Part shown: positions 40,111 to 53,200 of the stretch, piece after piece
Layout of the letters: the number at the start of each line of letters is the position of its first letter
How positions within the stretch are numbered: the stretch's first letter is position 1
Source of the DNA: Macrostomum lignano
Lineage: Eukaryota
NCBI GenBank assembly: GCA_002269645.1
Contig: NIVC01001204.1
Span: 124,001-188,000, forward strand
Direction of reading: 5' to 3'
Length of the DNA stretch: 64,000 nt
The notes under the pieces: model-generated
What the model saw: only the letters and a program-made list of their open reading frames with translations
What the model was told of the DNA's origin: nothing
Databases searched by the model: none
Made by a program: the position numbers and the translations under genes

Positions 40111-41757
40111 AATAGCAATCCGGCCCACTCAGGGTTTGCGTCTCTTCTCAGCTCTCCCCTCTTCTCTTTTCCCTCCCCTTTCCTCTCTACTCTCTTCGTT
40201 TCTCTCTTTCCTTTCCTCTCTTCCTTCTCTCTAATCTCTGTTTCCCCTCTCCTCCTCCTCTATCCTTTCATATCTCATCTCCTCCTGTCTTTTCTCTCGA
40301 TCTATTCTCTCTTCTCTCTCTTCTCTATCTTTTCTATCTTGCAACTTGCAGAGAGACGGATTGCATCTGCACTGCTGTTGAGCCCCAGCAGACCAGAGAA
40401 GGAGCTGCTCAAACAGTGACAGATCCTTGAGGCTGTGGAAGTGGGGGTTGAGTGACAGGTGATTCCATTGTTTTTGAGTTTTAGGAGCGAAGAAGAAGCG
40501 CGGAGGCCTAGCAAGTTCATTGGTTTTCTGAGCTGTTGTTGTCTTGTCCCGACTTCTGCTGCTGCTTGAGGTGAGTGCCTGCCTTGCAGACCTGTCAGGG
40601 AGTAACCAACAGCAGGTTCGCATAAGTTGCTACCCACAGACAAGCAACTCTGAGCATGTAAGAAAAATGAATTGGCCAGTAGAGGAAGGAATGGGTAACC
40701 ATATTGCGGAGTCAAGCACTTGTGAACGTGATTATCTCAGTCCCATATGACTAGAAAATTGGCTTACAGCAGTCTCAAGGACTCTAATACCAAAATCTCT
40801 TACTACGAGTATAGAACCTGACTTCATCGATGATTGTTTTATCTCAAAGTCGAAAAAACAGGTTTAATTTGTCTATTAAGCCGGAATTAAACAGAAATAG
40901 CACTCGGTTTATTGCATTTCTGCTCTGGGAAAGCTCAAGTCCTGCTGTCCAAGAGACGAGATCACGGACGAAAGGGATACTCTGCAAGGCCAAGTAAGGC
41001 TTTGAATCCCCAACCCACCAGTTGCAACAGCAGATTCTTCCTACAGAAAGCCGGCCTAAAGTAAAAGTGTCCAGTAAAAAGTTAAAAAACAATAAGGGGA
41101 TCCAAAAGAGAGGCGCGGAGTTGAAGAAAGCAGAGGTTCATTGTTCCAGAGAGACGGGATCGGGTTGGCAAACTGGATTTGCTGGCTTCTTTCCCAGGTG
41201 GCAGCTGCTTCTGAACGGAAAAACTGCGAGGCCCTCCCCTCCTTTGGAAGCCATGCAGTTCTGGAAATCCAGAAAAGAAACTGGTGAAGCTAAAACAACT
41301 TCACATTCACTCATTACTCCCAACTACACCGACTAGCTGCCTGGTGCATGAAAGATTCAAAGCTCCACTGTTGGCTTTTTACGCGACTCTTCAGCGTCCA
41401 TGCTCTGTCGACTGTGGGTGAGCTATTAAAACAAAGGACTAGCTATAAGACAATAGGATTGCTAGGAGATGCAGAGAGCGCCAACATGGGATGAGGGTGG
41501 TTGACACTACGAGTTAAGAGTCAAAGTCAAGTTTGGCAAGAAAATAGCCTCAGCTACTGTTGCTGCGCTAAAAACACGTTGCTAAGAGACGCAATGCTCA
41601 GATCCTAGGGCAGCTCCAATGTCTGAGCATCTGGCAGGCTGTTTGAGCGGCATTTGTGGCAGGGCATAAATATGAGTGAGCTGCTCCTCCGGGTGAGACG
41701 CTGCCTCACCGAGACATTCAAGAATCCAGAGCTCACTGATAGACTGAATCTCCTGAC

Positions 41758-44700
41758 ATGATTCGCGAAATTCTTCTCGAATGCGCCTTGGTCTGCGCTG
41801 CTGCAGCGAGTGACCTTGACGGCAAAGGTAACAGCTTACGGTGACTAATTTATTTACCAATTGTAAAAATTCAACGCGAAGGTGAACCAAAAATTCGTTG
41901 CAGAGTACTCGACTGACCCTGTGGAGTCGCTGAACTCCACAGCTCCGATAACATCAGCTGGTGGAAGCAGCGACATTCACTGTACTGTGCAGTGCTCGGC
42001 CGCTGGAGCCGCCGTCTGCGCTGCCACCGCCTACGTAGAGGAGACACGAGTGTGCTTGTTCTCAGGCGTGAGCAATGCGGACTTCTCAGCTGCCGCTCCG
42101 CGCAGCACCGTCTTCCGAAGGGTGAAAGGTTCGCAATTGCTGGGTTTCGGAGCTGATTTCATTCAATTTTTATAAGTGGTTTGGCTATTCTGTAGGACCC
42201 TTTTGTGGCAGCTGATACATTAGTTACGACAGACGTCCGCAAAGTAGTGTTATTTTTCGTGTTGCGGACATTTGGTAAGTTGCACTGACACAAGTTTGGT
42301 GGCGTTCAAAAGCGACAAGCTTTTTTAAAAAATTATTTAAACTTCAATCAATTTGAGTTTATATATCAAGAGATATGTGTATTTAAGTATAAAAAGATCG
42401 GTCATTGACTTACAGAACCTATAGACACCTAAGCTGTCTCGGCAGAACAACTGTCTGAAAAAAATTATCGATTGCCACTGAGCAGAATGCTAATTTTAAC
42501 AGATATTTGAGCTTCTGAAAGTCTACGAGCAATCTCCCTCTACGAGAGCGCGTTAGTCATGTTAGAGAAGAAACTTGCCGCTTTCAAACGACACCAAACT
42601 TGTGTCAATGCAACTTGCCAAACGTCTGCAACACGTAAAAGTAACACTATTTTCCGGAATACCTTTAGTTAGTTAGTTAGTTAACTTCGGACCGCCCTGT
42701 CCGAAGACGCAGCGGGGAGGCGAGCGTCGCCCATTCCGCTAATCCCTGAAAGACCCGCATAGGCTAGGGCGCGGGGCCAGTCAGGGAGGTCTGCCGGTCT
42801 TGTCTGCAGCGTTGTCTTCGGTGGGGAAGACGGAGGCTCGCTTGGTGGCCCATAGGAACCGGATAAGCCGTGGGATATTCTCGGGCCGGCAAGCGTCGTC
42901 CAGGGACGGGTTGGGCCCGAGGTGGTTGAGCCGGTCTCGGTTGAAGGCCGGACAGTAGCAGACAAAGTGCTTGGCGTCTTCGTTCTCGAGGTTGCAGAAG
43001 GGGCAGAGTTCGCTCCGGCGAACACTTCGGAGGAAGCAATGCCTGGCAAAGCAACCGTGACCTGTGAAGGTCATAATGAGAGCCCGGATATCTTTTCGAT
43101 TTTTGTTCAAAAGGATTCTCCGCAGCTTGAGGGACAGATTAGGCACTGCCGCACGGAATTGGCGGCAGTTGGAAATGCCAACCCATCTGCGCAAGTGCAG
43201 GATGTCCGCCCAGCCGTTAATCTGACGATTAATGACCGTAGCGGGGATGGGAGCAGAGGCACGGGGCCAAGGAGCGAGCCAGAACTACCCGCCTTGGCGA
43301 GGGAGTCGGCGAGCTCGTTACCTCTGAAGCCGGCGTGTCCTGTGATCCACGTGAGCCGGACGGAGTTTCTCCGAGCCAGCTTGTTGAGCTGCCCGATACA
43401 GTCGCAAACTGTTCGGGAGTTCGTAGTGGTGTGACAAAGGGCCTGCAAGGCGGCCTGGCTGTCAGAGTGGTAGAAGATTCTGTTGTCCTTGAAGTCCCTG
43501 CAATGGAGCTCAGCTGCACAGGAGCTGATGGCAAACTTCATTCTGGAAGACGCTGGAGAGTCTGCCAGTGTGTTGGGCGTGAGTGGCGATCACGCGGCCG
43601 TTGATAAGGATGCAAACTCCAAAGTCAGATATACCGTCTTTGGAGATCCGTCAGTGAAGCAGTGAGCCTCCTGAGGGGCCCAGCTGTCGTCGGCGTTTTC
43701 CCTAGAGGGGATAGTGACCTTGAAGCGTTGGTAGAGATTGAGGGAGCGCGGCTTACAGTCCGAAAGGACAGCCGCACTCCTACTCTCCTCCAGAACTTTA
43801 AGGCACAGGTCAGAGTGCGGCAGGAGCTTGCGCTTCGCCATCGCTCTTTGTGGCTTGAAGCTAACGCCAGCCTCGATGAGCCGGCGGGTAGTTTTAGCAC
43901 CCTGCGACGGACGAAGATGTCCAGGGGCGGGAGGCAGAGGAAAGCATTGAGGCCGTCAAAGGGTGCAGAAAGCGGGGCATTCAGGATCATGCGACACGCA
44001 CGTCCCTGCACCTTTTTGAGGGCTTCGTGGCAGGTTTTAATCTGCAAAGCGCTGGTCCAGACCAGGCCGGCGTAAGTAACGGCCGGCCGGACCATTGCGG
44101 TATAGATCCACCAGAGCCGCTTCGAAGTGAGGCCCCAGGTGGTGCCGACGGCTCAGCACAACTGCGCAAGAATCGCGAGGGCTTTTTTGGTTTTGGCCTG
44201 AACGTGGGTGGACCAGCTCAGCCTGTGGTCGAGCGTAACGCCGAGACGCTTGCAGGATGGGATTTCCACCCCCCGTAAAGCTTTAGTGGCCGAATACGCA
44301 GTTGACCCTGCTGGTGAACATGATCGCGACAGTTTTGGTCTCAGAGAGTCTGAGGCCGCATCTGTCCACCCATTGTTCAGCAGAGCGAATAAAGTTTTGT
44401 AGAAGATCCCTAAGGGTTTCAGGTGACGGTCCGGATGCCACGGCTGTGACATCATCGGCGTAACCGACCTTAAGGATGGGGTCAAGATGGCTGTCCCTAA
44501 GGAGCTCATCGATGACCATGTTTCAGAGAAATGGAGAGAGAACACAGCCTTGGGGCTGCCTTTGCAGACGGTTACCGTCCGTTGGTGGCCCAGCAGGTGC
44601 GCGGTGGCAGTACGGTGGCTGATCATATACATGATCCACCGGGTGAGGTGCGAGTGGGTTCCTCTAGCACGAAGAGCTCTGTCAAAAGCCTCAAAGAGGA

Positions 44701-46043
44701 CATTATCGAAGGCTCCAACAATGTCGAGGAAGACAGCGAGAGCGTAGTCATTGCCAAGAATGGCTTTCTACAGCATGTCGACCAAGACGTGAAGCGCGTC
44801 TCCGTGGACCTGCCTGCCCGAAAGGCTGAGCGGCTTGTTCTTCAGTTCCACAGAGAGGAGGCGCCAGAGCACCAGTCTCTCCAACAGTTTCACCAGTGAG
44901 GAGGTGAGGCTGATAGGCCTGAAGGATTTAATGGACCGGTAGTCCGGTCGGTTGGGCTTGGGGATAAAAACCACCTTAGCCTCGGTCCAGGGTTTCGGAA
45001 CAAAGCCGAGAACATGGCTTTCAGGAGCCAGCAAAGGTTCTGCAGGAAACCGGTGCATTTCACCACCTCTCGCAGGAAGTAATGATTGAGTCAGCCAGTA
45101 CGTGTCCGCCCACTGAGTGGTCAGGGGGGTCGGGCCTGGCTATCTCGTTCGGGAAAAACGCTGTTAGCATCGCTTCCGGTGTTTCTCCTGGGTTCTCAGT
45201 GAGCGAGCCGTCGGCTCTTTTAAGGATTCCTAGCTAAGTAGCATGAATTTAAATAATTTTAAGTAGCATGAATTCTTCAAATGATGATTCATATTTTTAT
45301 TAAACCTGCCCCAATGGGCAGATGTGCAACCGACAGCTCAGCTCTTGCGCGGCGCATCTGAAGGCTGCGTACGGCTGTTCAGTCCAAGGATGCATGGGGT
45401 CGCCACATACACCTTCAATCACCTTTGAATTGTGAACTGAAGCAATGCAGGGTTAAGTGTCTTGCTCAAGGACACAAATTGTTCCTACTAGTAGGTCGAG
45501 AATCGAACCCCCGACCTTTCAGTCGTAATTGCGACGCAGCAACCACTAGGCTACAACCCCTAGTAGCTAGGCTAGTTTACATGGAACAGTCGCTATAGGA
45601 CTTTTTGAGTTTCAGATCTTCTATCAAAATCACTTGATTCAGGTTTAAAAAAAATACACGAGCTGACTGGGAGCACGCCAAAAAAGCTGAGAGTTGAGAC
45701 TGTGTCCACCACTGGCATTCCATACGTCGATGAGTATTCCGGATTCTCCGTGGGCAACGCCAGCACCAACTACGTCATGACCTTTGATGCTCGATTGACG
45801 GCCAGCTCAAACACAACTGGCGACTCGCTCACCTATCACAAAGGCATGCAGTTCTCCACCATGGACAGGGATAACGATCTAAGTAGCTCGTCTTGTTCTA
45901 ATGGCTATGCGAATGCCGGCTGGTGGTTTAAAAGCTGTCAGCGTACTCTTCCAACGGGAGGAACCTTCTCGTCTTACAATCCCTATATTCGTTGGCAATA
46001 CGCTGGTAATTTTCTAGTGGCTATTCGATTGCTGCTGATTTAA
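41758..46043 (+). CDS. PAN-FReD paralog 2: exon 3 missing and replaced by a LINE; either an in-frame 231-aa product or a pseudogene
   Basis: Exons 41758-41827, 41904-42128 and 45643-46043 are intact and phase 1 throughout (696 nt). No exon-3 homolog (W.EYENGFG) lies between them. Confidence 0.7.
42663..45232 (-). mobile_element. 5'-truncated, frameshifted non-LTR retrotransposon with RT, RNase H and a CCHC zinc knuckle (I-group, LOA/R1-like)
   Basis: WTEAKVVFIPKPNR..FRPISLTSSLVKLLER; AVFLDIVGAFDNV; GYADD; LGVTLDHRLSW; RNase H CFTDGS..SDSQAAL..WITGHAGFRGNELADSLAK; CPFCNLENEDAKHFVCYCP; 3' tail (TAAC)n at 42663-42685. Confidence 0.92.
45295..45560 (-). mobile_element. tRNA-derived SINE (CORE-related) in intron 3 of paralog 2; internally deleted homolog at about 54130-54265 in paralog 3
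   Basis: The minus strand reads TAGCCTAGTGG (A box), GGTTCGATTC (B box), GTGTCCTTGAGCAAGACACTTAACCC and a 3' AATAAA. Confidence 0.75.
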
Positions 46044-47027
46044 ATCCATTTTAGCTTGAATTTGTTACTCTGAAGACCGGGAGTGCTTTGAATGCACATA
46101 CGCTGTTGGTTCTGTAATATTTTGGTTCAATTAAAATTTCTTTCGCGAATACCATTGAGATGGCGGCGTAAGTTTTTCGCAACCTCACCTATAGCTTATT
46201 TTGGTGGTGCACTAACATAATCTATAAAACTAAATCTGTGGATTTCAGTCAGTCCAATCCTAACCTAAATTTACTTTAATCCTACAGGAGACACTTTCTC
46301 CACTTACGATCCTTTATTAAACATTAAAATGTCAAATGAAAATCGATAGTTAGCATTTATCGATCTAGCATTCGTCTGTATATAAGTTTTAAACCGGACG
46401 CCAAGTTAGTCGACTGTCACAAAGATTTCAACACCAACAAGAACTGAGTCTGAAAAAATAATTTTTACAAACTATTAAGCAATAATTTTAACAACTTTTT
46501 TGTTTCTTTTCAATTTGCTAAAATAGCCGCTTAAAGATCTATTTTGATATAATAAAAATCTATTTTTATTATATCCTTCTTTTAATTTTTTCTGAAATCT
46601 CTAGAAAGCGATTTTCTAAAGAGCAGGATCTTCTGGCTTATCCAAATATACTAAATCTCTAATATCCTATACTAAATCCTACATATACGTTATCAAAAAA
46701 CTCCACAATCTAAAATATCAATAGATCGCAATTTCTTTAACGAGCATCTGCTTTATGAAAGCTGAATCCAATCCTAACGTTGTTTTTTAAGATTTTTATT
46801 TTGTCATAGTATAGCGATTGTCGTTTAGAGAAAAATACCGAAAATCACTGCTGCATAGAATATGCAACGACCTTTTGTTAAAGTGGGCAACCAGTTAAAG
46901 AGATCCAAGCCTTAACTGAAACTATAGGCTTTGTGAAATATACATGTAGTAAAAAAAGTAGTAAAAAAATATAATAAAAATAATAATAATTTCAGATAGG
47001 CCCTCATGCAGCGCCTTGGGCGACTTA

Positions 47028-49050
47028 TTGATGGGTTTCGGCCCTTTCGGCCCCTTTCGGGAAGCCTTTGGGCTTCAGGTCTCAGAAATAAATCAATAAG
47101 AGTCCTGGCCCCCCACTCCTGTCAGATGGTCAGCCCCATGGTAGCTTGATCTTGTGGCGAGCAGTCTAGGTCCTATAGCTAAGAGAGGGACAGCGAGAGA
47201 CAAGCAGGGAGAATTTCGAAGGTAGAGATCAGCTAATCCGCAGATTAACTAACCCGCTGCCACCAGCCCGTGCGTCCTGGCTCACCAAAACCGTCCTGGC
47301 TCGCCACCTGCGCCTCACTCAGTGTTGAGGCTGGCGCCAGATGGTCTGAGAGGATGCGGGCGGTAGCTTTTTTCTCATCATTTTTGACAGGCCATCAGAT
47401 GCGTTGCGTTTTACCACTAAAAGTACTTTGGGATTAGCGATTAGCAATTTCTCTTCACCATCTTCACTTTTTACTTAATAAGATCTCTCTAATGTATATT
47501 TTTTCATTAATTTTTGTCATTTCTACGCGAAAGGTCATAAATCATTATGTAGCGATTTTGAGTGATTTATGACCGCACCTGTCGTATTTTTATGCCCCCG
47601 AGGGAACTGATAGGATCTTCAGGTCACGTGAGTTTGGGTGGCAACAAGCTCAGCCAATCAGAAAATTTGACGTCAGTTATAACAAATCGGCTCAGCCAAT
47701 CAGCGTCGGGGTGTTCCATTTTAGCAAATTGCGGTCCAGTTGGCGGCTATATAAACCAGTGTTTTTGGCCCGCTCGGACTTAACGTCCTGGAGCTTGGCC
47801 TAACTTTGGACCTGCTCGGACCCAGCACACAACTTCTGGCTCCCGGGACTCGACCGTCGTCTCTTGATCCCCGGATCGCGACAGCCCGGCCATCATCATC
47901 AAGGACGAATCCCCCGGTCGACGGCATCGATCATCGAGGTTAAGATCATCACCTGCTAGCTATCTGCGAAGACTGCGACATCATCGTCCCAGACCTACAG
48001 CTGCGAAGCACTAAGCCGATTCGGTCACTGTGGATTACCTGGTCTCCGGCTGTTGAGTTTCTGATTGGTTGGGTGAGAGGCTACCTAGTATTGCTTGATT
48101 GGGCGATTCCTTATCTGTCCCCTGTTTCAGTAGCTGGATTAGGCGCACACTTTTGCTCATTTTGTTCAGCAGTGCTGTTATTGGGGCAGAAGTCACTTAA
48201 TAATACTGTTAGTAGTCTGAATACTCCAATTCAATCTGAAGTGTGAAGTGATTCAGGGAGAAGGTTAAATCTGACAGTTATTTTTATCGGTTTTATTTCT
48301 TTTTTCGCTGATGGCTCAGATGAGTAGCTAAGCTAGCAGGCGCCGGTAACAGTGGACCAATGGCAAGGCAGTTCTCAGTCGATCAATCTATCAAATCAGT
48401 TAGCAAAATTGTCAATAGTGCCGAATCGGCGCTAGAGATGTACTCTGTGCACTCTAGATTCGCCAAGCGGCTCGGGTAAAGAATCATGCGGTCTCTGAAG
48501 TTTGAGTTAGTCGATCATCAGCGCTATGAGAGGCTAGTTGGCGCGTTGAAGGCCAAAAGTACATATCTTCGTATTTAGCAATGTAATAGTACATGTAGCT
48601 ACCCCATAGTCTCGCCACTGCAAGAATCCCCTGCAAAAATCCCCTCTGCACCTGCATGGTCAATGTGATCAAGTCCCAGCAGAGTCTCTTATCATCGGCT
48701 ATGACTTCGAGATTGACAGCAAAAAGACACTAGTTGGCAGGTAAGTGCTAAGCCTCCTCTAGTCGGAAGCCCGATTTTGAAAGTTCCGGTTTGGTGAGCC
48801 AGGACGCACGGGCAGGTGGCAGCGAGTTAGCTTAGTCTGCGGATTAGCTAATCTCTACCTTCATTCAAAATTCTCCCTGCTTGTCTCTCGCTGTCCCTCT
48901 CTTAGCTATAGGACCTAGACTGCTCGCCACAAGATCAAGCTACCATGGGGCTGACCATCTGACAGGAGTGGGGGGCTCAAATTGATTTATTTCTGAGACC
49001 TGAGGCTCGGAGCCTTCCCCAAAGGAGCCGAAAAGGCCGAAACCGATCAA
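47028..49050. mobile_element. About 2-kb element bounded by inverted repeats of about 265 bp, with a promoter-like or LTR-like interior
   Basis: 47028-47293 is the reverse complement of 48786-49050 (roughly 85-90% by eye). The interior has CCAAT at 47654 and 47696 and TATATAAA at 47748, with no clear ORF. Confidence 0.75.
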
Positions 49051-50236
49051 ATATTTCAAATTACTTTTATAGTCCTGTGAATAAGCGACATCGCATACTT
49101 GCCAAGCTGTACTTCCCAAGTTGCAGTGCATGTGCCGCAGACCATACTTTGAAAGTCATATAGAAAGTAGCGAGAAACATATAAAACTTTCCAAGTTACC
49201 AGCAAAGCCAACATTGAGTAGCTACGCGTCGTACTTTAAAAGCCAATCCAATACAAAGTACCAGTGCTGACCTTGAAAGTTTTCAACGCTTTTTTGCAAT
49301 TCTAATTCTTTTTTTAGAATTCTAATGAGCCCGGCGCAGAGGCAGCTCCTGGGGAGGAGCTGCGGGCAGGCCCGGGACCAACCCCTAACCCCGACTTGGC
49401 GTGGCAACCGAGAGGGTGGATGCGTGAGCCGGCCCGCACAGAAGGACAGTGAACTGAGCTCCCCCCAGATGCTCTAACGCAACCAGAGTAATCCGCTAAG
49501 TCTAACCGTCCAGCCCCCGCCTCCGTAGTTACGGGCTTGTCTAGTGCTGTTTTAATTGCATGCGCTGTGTTGTGTAAACCCCGCCGTCGTTAGGAAAGCG
49601 TCGTCCGCCAGTCGCAGCAGCAGATCCTAATTCCAGAAGAAAGCAGAGGTTCATTGTTCCAGAGAGGCGGGAGGGTGGGCAAAATGAATTTGCATGCTGG
49701 CTTCATCCCCAGATGGCAGCTTGGCTCCCCTTTGGAAGCCATGCACCTTTGGGAATCCGGCAAAAGAAACTGGTGAAGCTAAAATAGCTTCACATTCACT
49801 CATTGCAAGCTGTGTGAATGATAGACAAATTACTCTCGACTACACCGACTAGCTAAACCTGCTGCATCGCTTCAAAACTTCAAAGCTGCACTGTAGCTTT
49901 CGACGCAACTCTTCAGTTTCCATGCTCTGTCGACTGTGGGTGAGCCATTAAAACAAAGGACTAGCTACTAGACAATGGGACTGCTAAGAGATGCAGAGAT
50001 GCAGGGGAGCAGCCAACATGGGATTGGGGTGGGTGACACTAGGCGTTACAGTAGGAGTCTTTGCTAAGACGTTGCTAATTAAGCGACGCAATGCTAAGAT
50101 CCTGAGGCAGCTCCAACGCCTGAGCGGCATTTTGAGGCAGGGCATAAATAGGGGTGAGCTGCCCCTCCGGGTAGAACGCTGCCTCACCGAGACATTCAAG
50201 AATCCAGAGCCTCACTGATAGACTGAATCTCCTGAT

Positions 50237-53200
50237 ATGATTCGCGAAATTCTTCTCGGCTGCGCCTTGGTTTGCGCTGCTGCAGCGAGTGACCTTGACG
50301 GCACAGGTAACAGCTACGGTGACTAATTAATTTACCAATTATAAAAATTCAACGCAAAGGTGTACTAAAAATCCCTTGCAGAGTATTCGACTGATCCTGT
50401 GGAGTCGCTGAACTCCGCTGCTCCGATAACATCAGCTGGTGGCAGCAGCGACATTCACTGCACTGTGCAGTGCTCGGCCGCTGGAGCCGCCGTCTGCGCT
50501 GCCACCGCCTACGTGAAAGAGACTCGGCTGTGCCTGTTCTCAGGCGTGAGCAATGCGGACTTCTCGGCTGCCGCTCCGAGCAGCATCGTTTATCGAAGGG
50601 TAAAAGGTGCGCAAGTGCGGGTTTCATTCACTTTTTATGGGCAGTTTTTTCATACTGTAGGGCCTTTTTTGGTAACTGAGACTTGAACCACGACGTGTGT
50701 CCGGAAAAAAGTGTTCTTTTTTGTGCTTCTGACGTTTGGTAAGTTGCACTTTGGTGTCGTTTAAAAGCGGCAATTTACGAGCTATTTGTTTAAAATGAAT
50801 CGAATTGCTATTAATATATTTTTATATATTAAGAGACACTTGTATTTAAGTACAGGGAGATTGGTCATTGAAGGTGAGGTGAGAACCTGTATATGCACGA
50901 GCTGTGAGGAAAAAATTATCGATTGCCACTGAGCAGAATGCAAATTTCAACGGATATTTGAGTTTCTGTAAGTCTACGAGCACTCTCTCTCGCTTAAGTC
51001 ATGTTACCTCGCGTACGCTTTCCAACAACTTACCAAACTTAGCAACACAAGTATAACACTATTTTCCGTACAACCCTAATAATTAGCTGATTGATTAACA
51101 GTAGGAATACCAAGCCATTTTTCCGCCCGTCGAACTACCAAGAGGGGGGGAAAAATTTCCCCCCCCCTGACAATTTTTTTTGCTGCGCCGGAACGGAGCA
51201 ACGCAGGCACACAAAATTCAAGAACACGGGCTAACTTTTTGTTGCGCACCTTCTCAAACAAGAATCAAGTTGCCAACCCTCCGGACCGTCGAGATATTCG
51301 ACGATTCTGCCAGAAGGTCAGATTTTTCCCATAAGCGCTAGTGTATTCAGTACACCCCTGTGCGCCAATTAGCACTGCGCCTCAGTGCAGCCTTGCCAAG
51401 TCTCCAAATTTCATCAGCACGTCGACCAAATGTGTCTGCATCAGCCCTGACTTCGTTGGTTACTGGCCTTCACCGAGACGGAGCTTCTAGACCTTCAACA
51501 GGTGGCACCAGGTGACTATGAACACCTTGATGCGAATTTCTCTAGTTTCGCCGATCAAGCCTCGACAGTAGGCAAGCCTCAACTGCCAGACACCCTCAGC
51601 TAGTCTCCTGAGCATTCCTTCATCATCCCGACACCGACGGCACCTTCAACAGGTGGCATCAGGTGACTATGGACGTCCTTTTGCAAATATGTCAGGTCTT
51701 TCTTATCAAGCTTCAATAATGGGCAAACCTCAACCGACGGACATTGTCAGCTAGTCTTTCAAGCATTCCATCATCATCCCGACGCCGTCGGCTCCTTCAA
51801 CAGATTACACCAGGTGACTATGGACAGCCTGATAAGAATTTCTCTAGTTTCGCCGATCAAGCCTCGATAGTAGGCAAAAATCAACTGCTGGACATCCTCA
51901 GCTAGTCAGTCAAGCATTCAGCCATCAACCGGACGCCGTCGGCTCCTTCAACAGATTACACCAGGTGACTATGGACAGCCTGATGCAAATTTCTCTAGTT
52001 TCGCCGATCAAGCCTCGACAGTAGGCAAGCCTCAACTGCTGGACATCCTCAGCTAGTCTCTCAAGCATTCAGCCATCACCCCGACGCCGTCGGCACCTTC
52101 AACAGGTGGCACCAGGGGAGTACGGACACCTGAGCGTGATTTTTCATCATGCTCTTAACATTTCTGAAGCTCTCAAAATTTTTAAAGCACGGACATTGCT
52201 ATAGTTAAGCTTGAACTCATGTTGCTGTATATTATATTATTATTACACATACTTTTATGCATACAAGCTACATACATATTTTATTCGAAAAGCTGTTTAG
52301 TTTATTCAACTAAAATATAGAACCCAATTTTTATGCAGAAAGGGTTATGCTTTTAAGAAGCCAGTAAATTCAATCCGTTTTTCATTTTTTAATGATTCAG
52401 AAATGTTAAGAGCATGATGCAAAATCACGCTCAGGTGTCCTTACTCCCCTGGTGCCACCTGTTGAAGGTGCCGACGGCGTCGGGGTGATGGCTGAATGCT
52501 TGAGAGACTAGCTGAGGGTGTCTGGCAGTTGAGGCTTTCCCACTGTCGAGGCTTGATTGGTGAAACTTGAGAAATTCGCATCAAGGTGTTCATAGTCACC
52601 TGGTGTCATTTGTTGAAGGTGCCGACGTCATCGGGGTGATGACGGAATGCTCGAGAGACTAGCTGACAATGTCCGTCGGTTGAGGTTTGCCCATTATTGA
52701 AGCTTGATAAGAAAGACCTGACATAGTTGCAAAAGGACGTCCATAGTCACCTGATGCCACCTGTTGAAGGTGCCGACGGTGTCGGGATGATGACGGAATG
52801 CTTGACTGACTAGCTGAGGATGTCCAGCAGTTGAGGCTTGCCCACTGTCGAGGCTTGATCGGTGAAACTTGAGAAATTCGCATCAAGGTGTTCATAGTCA
52901 CCTGGTGTAATCTGTTGAAGGAGCCGACGGCGTCGGGATGATGATGGAATGCTTGAGAGACTAGCTGACAATGTCCGTCGGTTGAGGTTTGCCCATTATT
53001 GAAGCTTGATAAGAAAGACCTGACATATTTGCAAAAGGACGTCCATAGTCACCTGATGCCACCTGTTGAAGGTGCCGTCGGTGTCGGGATGATGAAGGAA
53101 TGCTCAGGAGACTAGCTGAGGGTGTCTGGCAGTTGAGGCTTGCCTACTGTCGAGGCTTGATCGGCGAAACTAGAGAAATTCGCATCAAGGTGTTCATAGT

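Noticed and set aside
40231-40750. Minus-strand ORFs running into a CT-rich tract as the 3' end of a retroelement
   Set aside because: No recognisable motif, and the ORF length is inflated by low complexity.
41022-41420. Conserved block upstream of FReD paralogs 2 and 3 (vs 49620-49930) as an extra exon
   Set aside because: Frames are not conserved between the copies (indels, stops); it is explained by the segmental duplication.
45480-45560. tRNA gene candidates (also about 2400-2485)
   Set aside because: A and B boxes are present, but there is no full cloverleaf and they continue into SINE bodies.
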